A stretch of DNA of 45,661 nt from an uncultured delta proteobacterium (GCA_963827685.1 CAWHBU010000010.1:1-45661), one strand, 5' to 3'; shown: positions 27,584-36,011, counted from the first letter of the stretch. The notes: generated from the letters alone by a model not told the origin. A program made the numbers and translations.

Positions 27584-28519
27584 TTGGAGAACAAGGGCTT
27601 GGAAAACGAACCGTGGTTGGGAACTAAGACCGAAGAAAGCCGTCGTTCAAGGAGAAAGCCCTCCATTTGGTGGAAAGCATTGCTCCTGTTATTAGGAGCC
27701 TACCTCATTATCAACTTGATCGTGTACTTGCTGCAGAACTGGATCCTGTATCAGCCAGGGAAGTACTCATTGACGGAACTCGTTGCCTGGTCCGAGCTTA
27801 ACAAGGTAGTTCTATGGTCAGATCAAAGGGCATACCGCGGGTTGATTTCCAAAGAAGAAGCAGCCAAGATTCGGGGAACGGTCATCGTATTCCATGGGAA
27901 TGCTGGATCTGTCATAGATAGGTTTTTCTATTTCGGCAGTATCGACCCGCTTGGTTACCGGGTACTCCTTCATGAATACCCAGGGTATGGATCAAGAAGC
28001 GGCAAGGCGGACGAACAAAACATAATCCAAGATTCAATTCAAACAGTTCTTCAGGCAGAGAAACAGTTCGGAAAACCCATATACTTGATTGGCGAGTCGC
28101 TGGGTGCCGGCGTGGTAGCGGCGCTTGCCAGCGAGATACCAAATAAAATTGACGGGATTCTCCTCATCACGCCATGGGATTCTCTATCCAATCTGACTCA
28201 ATCCAAGTTCTGGTTTCTCCCAGCCCGTCTCATTTTGAAGAACCGCTATGATTCAGTTGCTAATCTGGAGAAATACACTGGACCCGTTGGAATTGTGATG
28301 GCAGGAGATGATGAAGTAGTGCCAAACAAATCAACGCTTCGCCTTTACAATTCAGTTCAAAGAAACGGGCATCTCTGGATCATTCCCCATGCAAACCACA
28401 ACACCTGGGTTCTTTCAGTTTCCCAACAATGGTGGAATAGGGTATTTTCCTTCCTTGAGGGAGAGACAGTCCCGGGGGGCATATCAGGAGAGGAACAGAG
28501 GGGCGTAGTTGAAAAATAG
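27584..28519 (+). CDS. membrane-anchored alpha/beta hydrolase
   Basis: FHGNAG, EYPGYG.RSG, GESLG nucleophile, DEVVP, HNT. Confidence 0.88.
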   Translation: MENKGLENEPWLGTKTEESRRSRRKPSIWWKALLLLLGAYLIINLIVYLLQNWILYQPGKYSLTELVAWSELNKVVLWSDQRAYRGLISKEEAAKIRGTVIVFHGNAGSVIDRFFYFGSIDPLGYRVLLHEYPGYGSRSGKADEQNIIQDSIQTVLQAEKQFGKPIYLIGESLGAGVVAALASEIPNKIDGILLITPWDSLSNLTQSKFWFLPARLILKNRYDSVANLEKYTGPVGIVMAGDDEVVPNKSTLRLYNSVQRNGHLWIIPHANHNTWVLSVSQQWWNRVFSFLEGETVPGGISGEEQRGVVEK

Positions 28520-28548
28520 CACTTTACAGATATAGTGAAGGTTAGGAT

Positions 28549-28578
28549 TCAGGTCTTGTAATATCAGGTCTTGTAATA
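28549..28578. repeat. perfect 15-bp tandem duplication
   Basis: TCAGGTCTTGTAATA twice. Confidence 0.8.
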
Positions 28579-28670
28579 TCACTTGTTATGCTGATGATTA
28601 AGGAAAGGTCGATCATGTGATAATGCTGGCCTAAGGTGGAGCACTGAGTGGGGTGGACGTAGCACCTTCC

Positions 28671-28752
28671 CCCCTCACCCTCGGCCTCTCCCCTGCCTTC
28701 GCCGAAGCGGCTTCGCGCAGGCAGGCGTTGGGGAGAAGGGAAGGGTGAGGGG
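28671..28752. repeat. BoxC-like palindrome with a second CCTGC...GCAGG palindrome inserted in its loop
   Basis: CCCCTCACCC..CCTCTCCC [CTGCCTTCGCCGAAGCGGCTTCGCGCAGGCAGG] ..GGGGAGA..GGGTGAGGGG. Confidence 0.7.
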
Positions 28753-28773
28753 AGAGAATTTTGGCATTGCTTT

Positions 28774-29691
28774 TCATCCTACTTCCATCTCGATACCAAA
28801 ATGTTCGAGCGTCCTCTGAACCAATAATCTCCAGAGGCGATAGTTGTCTTCGGCAGGGAAAAGTTCGAGAAACCCCTTCGAGAATCGTACGTTCACATCC
28901 TGAGCGATTTTTTCAACCGACCAACCACTTTGAATCTTTTCTAAGGCAAAGGCCTTAAAATCCTCAATACATTGTTGACCCATCTGGAGATGTTTCCTAA
29001 CAACTTCCTGTCCTATTGCGGTTCCATAGTGGCCCCGGCAGAGGATTTTAGGATCGATTGCCTTCATCTTATCGATTGATTTTTCAGCCTCATCCAGTCG
29101 ATACCAATAATTGGGCCGAAAAAAATTGGGTGGAATGTAAAAACCCGCCCCGTCCGAACAGAAAAGGACCCCTTCGTCCTCAAAAAATGCACCAACGCAA
29201 TCCGGAGAGTGGCCGGGGATCTCAAGAAATTTCATCTTCATTCCCTTGCCCAAATCGAGGACCGATCCTTCATGAACGGTGATATCCAGTGGGAAAAAGG
29301 CGTAGGGTTGAAGGTTTGGAGCCTCTGAAATCACTCCTTTCTCCTCGAGAGCGAGTGTAATCTTCCGGTCGGCATCAAAAATTTTCGCAACGATCCTTTC
29401 GCTCGTAAAAACCGCTCGATTTAGATCGGAAGTTACAATTTTCATCCACGGGTATCTTCCCTTGAGAGTAGAAAAGACCATCATGTGATCAAAATGGGAG
29501 TGGAGAATGACGAGGTGGGAGATGGCTTCGGGTGGAACATCCAATTGTTTTAATTGTTCCAAAAAAGGATAGGTGATGCCGCTGACGCCCCCCTCAATGA
29601 TGGCATAGGTTTCCCCTTTTAGCAGGTAGAGGTTGAAAAATTCAGTTCCTAAGAGGGTGATGTTTTTAGTGACTTGAAATGGGAGCAGCAT
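28774..29691 (-). CDS. metallo-beta-lactamase-fold hydrolase
   Basis: HSHFDH, PGHSPD, FCSD, RGHYG. Confidence 0.9.
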   Translation of the reverse strand: MLLPFQVTKNITLLGTEFFNLYLLKGETYAIIEGGVSGITYPFLEQLKQLDVPPEAISHLVILHSHFDHMMVFSTLKGRYPWMKIVTSDLNRAVFTSERIVAKIFDADRKITLALEEKGVISEAPNLQPYAFFPLDITVHEGSVLDLGKGMKMKFLEIPGHSPDCVGAFFEDEGVLFCSDGAGFYIPPNFFRPNYWYRLDEAEKSIDKMKAIDPKILCRGHYGTAIGQEVVRKHLQMGQQCIEDFKAFALEKIQSGWSVEKIAQDVNVRFSKGFLELFPAEDNYRLWRLLVQRTLEHFGIEMEVG

Positions 29692-29838
29692 AAATTAAAA
29701 TTAACCCATCCCGACATTGTTATCAATCCCGCAGAGCGCATGGCGCATAGCGGACTTAAGTACTGAGGACTTTATATTCCGCATTCCGAATTCTGCATTC
29801 CGGAATCAAGATCGCCCCATCTTCCAATCACAATGTGT

Positions 29839-29867
29839 TTGACAAAAGCCATTAGTGAGTATAGGAT
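29839..29867 (+). promoter_or_regulatory. sigma70 promoter at the head of the cassette array (Pc-like)
   Basis: TTGACA-N17-TAGGAT, 33 nt before the first GTTAGGT core site. Confidence 0.6.
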
Positions 29868-29922
29868 TTTAGGAAATTACAACCTGCAATCCAATTATTG
29901 TTAGGTTACGAGGAGTACGCGT

Positions 29923-30189
29923 ATGGACATAAAGGAGCTGCTAAACCAGGAGTTGCAGGCCGCGAAGAGAGCCAAAGAAGAGAAGGAGAGAGAAGATGCC
30001 GCTCTCGACAAGGAAGCAGCGAACCTCTTTCAACCAATCGTTGCCGGGGTAGAGCAGCTGAAATCCGAGCTAACTGGACACTCGGACATTCAATTCTATA
30101 TCTCTACACACTCTATCACTGCGCGACTTGGTGACGACATTAAACTGGATACGCATCTCAACTACAAATTGGTAGTTCTTCGGGTATGA
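29923..30189 (+). CDS. hypothetical cassette ORF, possibly 3'-truncated
   Basis: RBS AGGAG; preceded by the core site GTTAGGT (29900-29906); coiled-coil N-terminus. Confidence 0.65.
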   Translation: MDIKELLNQELQAAKRAKEEKEREDAALDKEAANLFQPIVAGVEQLKSELTGHSDIQFYISTHSITARLGDDIKLDTHLNYKLVVLRV

Positions 30190-30213
30190 TGCCCGGCGGG
30201 TTACCTCCGCGTT

Positions 30214-30372
30214 GAGGCTGTAGAAAAAGTGAATCTCGCAGGAATCCACTGAATTGGAAGAAAATGCGACCTCTCAGGATGCTCTGTATACGATGATCTC
30301 ACACTGGGGAGGGCTTAAGAAACCCCCCCAAACCACCCCTTATTAGTAGTGAGGGGGTTTTTCTACAGACTC
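30214..30372. mobile_element. MITE copy 1 (159 bp) inserted in an attC core
   Basis: TIRs GAGGCTGTAGAAAAA / TTTTTCTACAGACTC (14 of 15 match), flanked by GTT on both sides and followed by GTTAGGC. Confidence 0.8.
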
Positions 30373-30417
30373 GTTAGGCAAAAATAATAATTGATTTCAG
30401 GGTAATAGAAAAAAGGC

Positions 30418-30446
30418 TTGACAAGGTATTCTTTTTGGGGTATTTT
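30418..30446 (+). promoter_or_regulatory. sigma70 promoter of the TA cassette (likely leaderless mRNA)
   Basis: TTGACA-N17-TATTTT; ATG begins 7 nt after the -10 box and has no RBS. Confidence 0.6.
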
Positions 30447-30452
30447 TGTAGT

Positions 30453-30683
30453 ATGAAAGTCAAGACATCTATAACCTTGTCTGAAGATTTACTGAAAGCG
30501 ATCGATGAATATACAGGAGAATACAAAAACCGGTCCGAATTCATCGAGGATGCTGTGCGGGCTTTTATTATACAATTGATCCGCAGGCAGCAAGATTCCA
30601 AAGACCTTGAGATAATAAATCAGCATGCGGATTCTTTAAACCGAGAAGCAGCGGACGTTCTTACCTATCAGGTCGATCTGTGA
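30453..30683 (+). CDS. ribbon-helix-helix (CopG-type) antitoxin
   Basis: [18 protein letters not shown]....[11 protein letters not shown]; GTGA overlap with the toxin gene. Confidence 0.88.
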   Translation: MKVKTSITLSEDLLKAIDEYTGEYKNRSEFIEDAVRAFIIQLIRRQQDSKDLEIINQHADSLNREAADVLTYQVDL

Positions 30684-31018
30684 AACGTGGTGAATTGTAT
30701 CGTGTTGCTAACCCTTCAGCCAAGGATCCCAAAAAATCCAGAGTTTTCGTTATTGTAAGCCGCCAAGTTCTCATCGATTCTCGTTTTTCAACGGTAATTT
30801 GCGCCCCGATTTATTCAACTCATGACGGTCTTTCCACTCAGGTACTGGTTGGTGTGGATGAAGGACTAAAGCACGATAGTAGTATTCACTGCGATGAGCT
30901 TATCAGTTTGCCTAAGTCGCTTCTAACCAACTTTGTGGGGTCGCTTTCTCTAAAAAAAATTGAAGAACTCAATAGGGCTCTAAGCATAGCCTTGGATATC
31001 CGAGATTTTAGGGGTTAA
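30680..31018 (+). CDS. mazF: PemK/MazF-family endoribonuclease toxin
   Basis: MKRGELY......[12 protein letters not shown]......STVICAPI...GL..DS.I.CD.L..L.K..L...VGSL. Confidence 0.9.
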   Translation: MKRGELYRVANPSAKDPKKSRVFVIVSRQVLIDSRFSTVICAPIYSTHDGLSTQVLVGVDEGLKHDSSIHCDELISLPKSLLTNFVGSLSLKKIEELNRALSIALDIRDFRG

Positions 31019-31099
31019 CGGGTCGGTGAACTGGACCGCGGGGTGGCAAGGGTACTGATACCTGATGTGCCTTGGCCTCTGCCGGTTCGCTCGGCCTTT
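31013..31099 (+). other. degenerate attC site after the TA cassette
   Basis: R'' GGTTAAC overlaps the toxin stop; arms GGTCGGTGAACTGG / CCGGTTCGCTCGGCC pair with one extra base; R' (GTTAGGC, 31260) is displaced by a MITE. Confidence 0.7.
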
Positions 31100-31259
31100 G
31101 AGGCTGTAGAAAAAGTCAATCTTGCACGAGACCGGTAAGTTAGAAGAAAATACGACTTCTCACTATGCTCTATATACGATGATCTTATACTTGGCAGCGG
31201 TCAAGAAACCCTTGAAAACCATTCCTTAATCATAATGAGAGGGTTTTTTCTACAGACTC
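31100..31259. mobile_element. MITE copy 2 (160 bp) inserted in an attC core
   Basis: Same TIRs as copy 1; shared internal blocks GAAGAAAAT, ATGCTCT.TATACGATGATCT, AAGAAACCC; followed by GTTAGGC. Confidence 0.8.
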
Positions 31260-31296
31260 GTTAGGCAAACCAACCCTGGGAAGAGGTGGGACAGAC

Positions 31297-32145
31297 GTGA
31301 GGAAAGGTCAATCAAGTGGTACCGCGTTGGGTGTTACGGTAATTCGAGCTGTCCATCAGCTGATAGATAATGTCCCACATATTCTTGAAGATCCCATATC
31401 CCTTCAGCTAATCGACAGTGCCCGTATAGAACAGATACTCCAGAACCCGGAAAGATATCGATCGCAGTCAATGAGGGCCCTTCGGTCGCATGTGGTATTG
31501 AGAAGCAGATATGCGGAGGATAGTCTATTTGAGGCCATTCAATCGGGAATGCGCCAATTTGTCAGCCTTGGAGCTGGGTATGATACATTCGCCTATAGAC
31601 AACCCGTTTGGGCTCAAACCCTGAAAATAGTTGAAGCAGATCATCCAGCAACTCAGTCCTCTAAAATAGATTTATTAAAGCAGAGAGGAATAAAAGTGCC
31701 AGAAAACGTAGAGTTTCTGCCGCTTGACTTTGAAAAGGAGAATCTTGAACTGGGTTTGGCCAGGACGGCGCTTGATCCGACACGTCCGGTGTTTGTGGCT
31801 TGCTTGGGCGTTCTTGCATATCTTCATGTTGAAACTGTCCGGAAGATGTTCAGATGCATCGGCAAACTGCCAAAACTAACCAGATTGGTTTTTACATTCG
31901 CAATGAATAAAATGGAAAACCCAGGGCAGGATGATCAATCTGAAACCCTCTCTGGGAGAACGGCGGCACGTGGCGAACCGTGGCTTGCGCGCTTCGACTT
32001 AGGAGATCTAAAAAATGAATTAAACCGGAGCGGATTGTCAAACGTATGGTTTCTTGATCCTTCGGAGGCTGCAACAAAGTATTATGGGGGTAGAGATGAT
32101 CTTCCAGCGCCTCGAAAAGTAACAATGGGTCAAGCCATTGTATGA
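31297..32145 (+). CDS. SAM-dependent methyltransferase, LCM (leucine carboxyl methyltransferase-like) family; cassette gene
   Basis: TA.GV...RA.H, ILEDP, RSRYAED, QFVSLGAGYDT.AYR, EADHPATQ, LGVLAYL, GEPW. Confidence 0.9.
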   Translation: MRKGQSSGTALGVTVIRAVHQLIDNVPHILEDPISLQLIDSARIEQILQNPERYRSQSMRALRSHVVLRSRYAEDSLFEAIQSGMRQFVSLGAGYDTFAYRQPVWAQTLKIVEADHPATQSSKIDLLKQRGIKVPENVEFLPLDFEKENLELGLARTALDPTRPVFVACLGVLAYLHVETVRKMFRCIGKLPKLTRLVFTFAMNKMENPGQDDQSETLSGRTAARGEPWLARFDLGDLKNELNRSGLSNVWFLDPSEAATKYYGGRDDLPAPRKVTMGQAIV

Positions 32146-32151
32146 CTATCG

Positions 32152-32212
32152 GGTTTGCCTAACAAGGGCAGCAGATTGCCGAAACTGCCGGCTCCCGCTG
32201 ATGCTCAGCGTT
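32152..32212 (+). other. attC site after the LCM methyltransferase cassette
   Basis: GGTTTGCCTAAC is the perfect 12-nt complement of GTTAGGCAAACC at the cassette start (31260-31271); arms GGGCAGCAG / CTGATGCTC; ends in GTT. Confidence 0.78.
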
Positions 32213-32234
32213 GAGGCTGTAGAAAAAGTCAATC
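32213..32234. mobile_element. truncated MITE copy 3 (left end only)
   Basis: GAGGCTGTAGAAAAAGTCAATC immediately after the attC GTT, identical to the start of copy 2. Confidence 0.75.
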
Positions 32235-32257
32235 GCCTAACTTAGGAGGAGTGTTCA

Positions 32258-33070
32258 ATGAGAACAGGATCTATGAAGAAATATAGCTGGGATGCAGAAG
32301 ACTACAAACAACACTCCAAAGGCCAACAGAAATGGGCCAGAGAATTGATCGCCAGGCTGAAACTTAAGGGGACTGAAGATATTCTTGATATAGGCTGTGG
32401 AGATGGAAAAGTAACAGCAGAAATTGCGAGTTATGTTCCAAATGGTTCAGTTGTGGGTGTAGATAATTCTACTTCAATGATTGAACTTGCAAAGAAGAAT
32501 TATCCAACCGGCGAGCATCCTAACCTTTCGTTTACCATAATGGACGCAACGAGTCTAACCTTTCATGAGAAATTTGATATTGTCTTTTCAAATGCGAGTT
32601 TGCATTGGATTAGAAACCATAGGCCAGTATTAGAGGGCTTGTATCGAAGTCTCAAACCAAAAGGCAGGGTGCTTTTGGAAATGGGAGGCAAAGGCAATGC
32701 AGAAGGCGTTGTCTCTGTATTGAGAGACCTCGCGCAAAATCAGGTATGGCGGCATTATTTCTCTGATTTCGAGTTTCCGTATGGATTCCATGGATCTCAC
32801 GAATACTCTCAATGGCTGAGGGAATCAGGCCTTGAACCTGAGCGTGTTGAGCTTATTCCAAAAGATATGGAGCATGATGGAGAATCAGGTTTAGCAGGAT
32901 GGATACGAACAACGTGGATGCCAGTCACCGGGCGGATACCAGAAAACCAACGAGATCAATTTATTAATGAGCTGGTCTCTGCGTATATTCACCAAGTTCC
33001 ACTCGATACCAATGGCAAGGCCCATGTGGCGATGGTGAGGTTAGAAGTCGAAGCTATTAAGAATGCATAA
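32258..33070 (+). CDS. class I SAM-dependent methyltransferase (trans-aconitate methyltransferase-like); cassette gene
   Basis: WDAEDY, ILDIGCGDG, GVDNS..MI..A, FDIVFSNASLHW, LKPKG; the stop overlaps GCATAAC (R''-like). Confidence 0.9.
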   Translation: MRTGSMKKYSWDAEDYKQHSKGQQKWARELIARLKLKGTEDILDIGCGDGKVTAEIASYVPNGSVVGVDNSTSMIELAKKNYPTGEHPNLSFTIMDATSLTFHEKFDIVFSNASLHWIRNHRPVLEGLYRSLKPKGRVLLEMGGKGNAEGVVSVLRDLAQNQVWRHYFSDFEFPYGFHGSHEYSQWLRESGLEPERVELIPKDMEHDGESGLAGWIRTTWMPVTGRIPENQRDQFINELVSAYIHQVPLDTNGKAHVAMVRLEVEAIKNA

Positions 33071-33179
33071 CGGCAGGTTTCAGGTTAACAAAAAGCCTGT
33101 CCGGTTTTTTGTCCGATAGAAAAGGAGATTGTCCTCTTTTTAAACAGAGCCGTCCCCTTTCTTGTACTGTTTAAGTCGA

Positions 33180-33953
33180 TTAGTGCGGATGAGCGAACGT
33201 TCGAGGCCGTTGGGCCATTCCCACTTGCTTTTCTGGTTTGATATCTCCCCGGATGCCAATTTTTACTTTCTTAAGAGGAATATTTTTACCTGATGCCTCA
33301 ATCGCATCCTCTGTGGCTTTGACCAATCCGAAGCAGCAGGGAACTTCCATATAGGGAACCGTGATGCTTTTAATGGAATTGGCCTTAAAAATCTCTGTCA
33401 ATTTTTCCTTATAGAATTGAACATCATCTAATTTAGGACAACCCACCACCACGGCTTTCCTTTTCAGAAAATCTCGATGGAAGTCGGGATAGGCGAATGG
33501 AACGCAATCGGCTGCCACTAAAAGATCCGCATCCTGAAAATAGAGAGCATTTATTGGAACCAGCTTCAACTGGACAGGCCATTGAGTAAGCTGAGAGACA
33601 GAAAGTGTGGTTGAAACAGTTTCTGTCTGGGTTTCAGGAACCTTAAACTGCATGGCCCTTGATGAAGGACATCCGGTGAAAACAGGTTGAGGTTTAGGTT
33701 GAGCTTGCTTCTGCTTGTGAAGATGAACTTCCACTGCCTTTTCATCGAAATCTTCTGCTTCCCTTTCGATAACGGTGATAGCATCCTGTGGACAATGTCC
33801 GAGACAGGCTCCGAGACCATCGCAGAACTTTTCGCTCATCAATTTTGCCTTTCCATCAACAATCTGAAGCGCTCCTTCAGCACAATTAGGGATACAAAGA
33901 CCACAACCATTGCATTTCTCCTCATCAATCCTCACAATCTTTCTCGTTGCCAT
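33180..33953 (-). CDS. 4Fe-4S dicluster protein with additional Cys-rich C-terminal domain
   Basis: CNGCGLCIPNC, CDGLGACLGHCP, GCP, QWPVQL, AADC, GCPKLD, MEVPCC. Confidence 0.88.
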   Translation of the reverse strand: MATRKIVRIDEEKCNGCGLCIPNCAEGALQIVDGKAKLMSEKFCDGLGACLGHCPQDAITVIEREAEDFDEKAVEVHLHKQKQAQPKPQPVFTGCPSSRAMQFKVPETQTETVSTTLSVSQLTQWPVQLKLVPINALYFQDADLLVAADCVPFAYPDFHRDFLKRKAVVVGCPKLDDVQFYKEKLTEIFKANSIKSITVPYMEVPCCFGLVKATEDAIEASGKNIPLKKVKIGIRGDIKPEKQVGMAQRPRTFAHPH

Positions 33954-33967
33954 GTTTAACCTCCTTG

Positions 33968-34013
33968 CCCCCTCCCATCCCTCCCCCTCGATGGGGGAGG
34001 GTGAGGGTGGGGG
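33968..34013. repeat. BoxC-like palindrome
   Basis: CCCTCCCCCTCGATGGGGGAGGGTGAGGGTGGGGG. Confidence 0.65.
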
Positions 34014-34057
34014 TGTTATTTTTAACTTAAAAATAACCCCTTCTTAAATCTATTGCC

Positions 34058-34071
34058 TTGATCTAAGTCAA
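34058..34071. promoter_or_regulatory. CRP/FNR-family binding site
   Basis: TTGATCTAAGTCAA matches TTGAT-N4-ATCAA at 9 of 10 positions, upstream of the Fe-S gene. Confidence 0.6.
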
Positions 34072-34164
34072 AAGGATAACAATTTCTTAACTAACGAGAA
34101 TGTCAATGAAAATCTTATTCATTTGTGGTAAGAAAGGTGTTTATTACCAGAAAAGGGGAAAAAC

Positions 34165-35052
34165 TTGTCCTGGCCAGCGTTATGGGCTGTTATCTTCTGG
34201 GGGTTTTCTTTTATTGCTACAAAAGTGGCTTTGAAGGAGATAAATCCTTTTATGCTTTTGACGCTGCGCTTTGGTATCGGAGGGTTGCTTCTCCTACTTG
34301 TTCAGCTTCAAAAAGATAGCCGATTTCTTAAAGCCTTTTCATTCAAGGATTGGGTCTCAATCGTTTTTTTAGCCACCGTGGGGATTTCCGGACACACGCT
34401 TCTTCAAGCCTTCGGGCTGCTCTACACGACTGCCATCCATACGGGATGGATTGTTGCCATCATACCTATCTTCATCACCGTCGCAGCTCGTTTCTATTTA
34501 GGGGAAGCCATCACCCTGAGAAAGATCGGAGGAATTGTCCTTGGCTTTTTGGGAATCTTTCTTGTTATTTCAAAAGAGGTATTCTCCTTGTCGATCTTTC
34601 GATTCGGCTCCACTTTTGGTGATTTGCTGGTCCTCATCAGTGCACTGATCTGGACAGCCTTCACGGTTGGGGGAAGAGGATTTCTCTCACGGTTTTCACC
34701 GCTTGCAGCGATCACACCCATCATGATCGTAGGATGTTTCGTCACCTTTCCCTTCACGTGGCTGAAATGGGAATGGAATATCCTCTTCCATTTATCTTTC
34801 TCTGGATGGATGGGCATTCTCTTTTTGGGAGTCTTCTGTTCTGGCCTGGCTTATCTTTTTTGGTATTCTGCCCTGAAGAAAAAGGATTCAAGCATGGTAG
34901 GAATGTACCTCTATTTGGAGCCCTTTGTTACGTTGATCGGAGCACGCTTTCTTTTGGGCGAAGAGATTCAATGGATCACCCTCATGGGCGGAGGGATGAT
35001 CCTACTTGGCGTTTACCTGGCCACAAGGAAGATTTCATCCCACTCCCCTTAA
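34165..35052 (+). CDS. EamA/DMT family transporter
   Basis: About 10 TM in two repeats; WGFSFIATK, LRF, LGE, GDLLVL, YLEP...LLGE. Confidence 0.92.
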   Translation: MSWPALWAVIFWGFSFIATKVALKEINPFMLLTLRFGIGGLLLLLVQLQKDSRFLKAFSFKDWVSIVFLATVGISGHTLLQAFGLLYTTAIHTGWIVAIIPIFITVAARFYLGEAITLRKIGGIVLGFLGIFLVISKEVFSLSIFRFGSTFGDLLVLISALIWTAFTVGGRGFLSRFSPLAAITPIMIVGCFVTFPFTWLKWEWNILFHLSFSGWMGILFLGVFCSGLAYLFWYSALKKKDSSMVGMYLYLEPFVTLIGARFLLGEEIQWITLMGGGMILLGVYLATRKISSHSP

Positions 35053-35368
35053 TCCCCTGAAGGCGTGAAATAATGACTTGAGTAGGAGATCAGGCAGGGA
35101 TATCTCCAAAGCTTTACCAAGCGATCATTTGGAGGTAAGGGTCATAGGCCACATTAGATAACCGACATTGTAAGGTTGTTAGACCTTGTTATTAACCCTG
35201 GAAAAGGTGTCGCTGTAAAGCTTTAGAAGCTTTCGGCCTTTGGCCTTCGCTTCCCGTTCCGGCCCGATACCGCTGCCCGACCTCCTTGTCTTATAGCATT
35301 TTTTTCACACCTTCCTTCCGCAAGGGGAGGGGAGATTCTTGGGGGAGATAAAAGGGGAGATAAAAATC

Positions 35369-35397
35369 TTGACATCCAAATTGATTAGTGGTATCAA
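35369..35397 (+). promoter_or_regulatory. sigma70 promoter of the cold-shock gene
   Basis: TTGACA-N17-TATCAA with TG extension. Confidence 0.55.
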
Positions 35398-35438
35398 ATT
35401 CCGCTGTAAAGACCGCTTAGAAAAAGGAGGGCAAGGAG

Positions 35439-35642
35439 TTGGCTAAAGGGGTTGTGAAATGGTTTGATACCAAGAAGGGATATGGATTTATCGAGCAACC
35501 TGGTGGGGACGATGTGTTTGTTCACTATTCGGGGATTACGGGGGACGGCTTTAAATCTCTTCGTGCAGGAGAAGAGGTAGAGTTCGAGATTGCTAATGGC
35601 CCGAAAGGGCCCCAGGCGACCAATGTAGCCAAGACGAATTGA
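35439..35642 (+). CDS. cold-shock protein (CspA family)
   Basis: [15 protein letters not shown] (RNP1), DVFVHYS (RNP2), [10 protein letters not shown]; RBS AGGAGG, TTG start. Confidence 0.97.
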   Translation: MAKGVVKWFDTKKGYGFIEQPGGDDVFVHYSGITGDGFKSLRAGEEVEFEIANGPKGPQATNVAKTN

Positions 35643-35682
35643 TCTAAATTACAAATAATTTCCAAATACCAATTCCAAATGA

Positions 35683-35731
35683 CCCCTCACCCCCTCGCTC
35701 TCCCCAAAGGGGAGAGGGGAAGGGTAAGGGG
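35683..35731. repeat. BoxC-like palindrome
   Basis: CCCCTCACCC..CTCTCCCCAAAGGGGAGAGGGGAAGGGTAAGGGG. Confidence 0.7.
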
Positions 35732-36011
35732 CTTCTTTCACTTTTGGGATCAAAGGCCCTTTCAGGAATTTCTCCACTTTGTTTAAAACATCAGCAGATT
35801 CCTCAGCTCCGATTTTTCCTGTACCATCGAAAGTGACCCCCAAAAACTATCCGTGAAAAGATCCGTCTGAAAATGATTCTACTATCTTTTCAATCCTCTT
35901 TTCTCCAATATTTCATCCTCAAGGTCTCCATCAAGGAAAGAATTCGTTTCAATGTCATTGACTTTATGAAGACGAGTTTATTAAATTTTAGTGGTAGACA
36001 AGTGGAGAAGA

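Noticed and set aside
29692-29840. Integron integrase remnant upstream of the array
   Set aside because: Only heptamer repeats and a 4-codon ORF; no tyrosine recombinase motifs.
35053-35300. Possible ncRNA or pseudogene between EamA and csp
   Set aside because: No recognisable RNA motif, and no start codon after the minus-strand RBS-like sequence.
35649-35960. Minus-strand ORF or HEPN-like relic (AEESADVLNKVEKFLK)
   Set aside because: Interrupted by stops and ends in a BoxC-like repeat; similarity is too weak to call.
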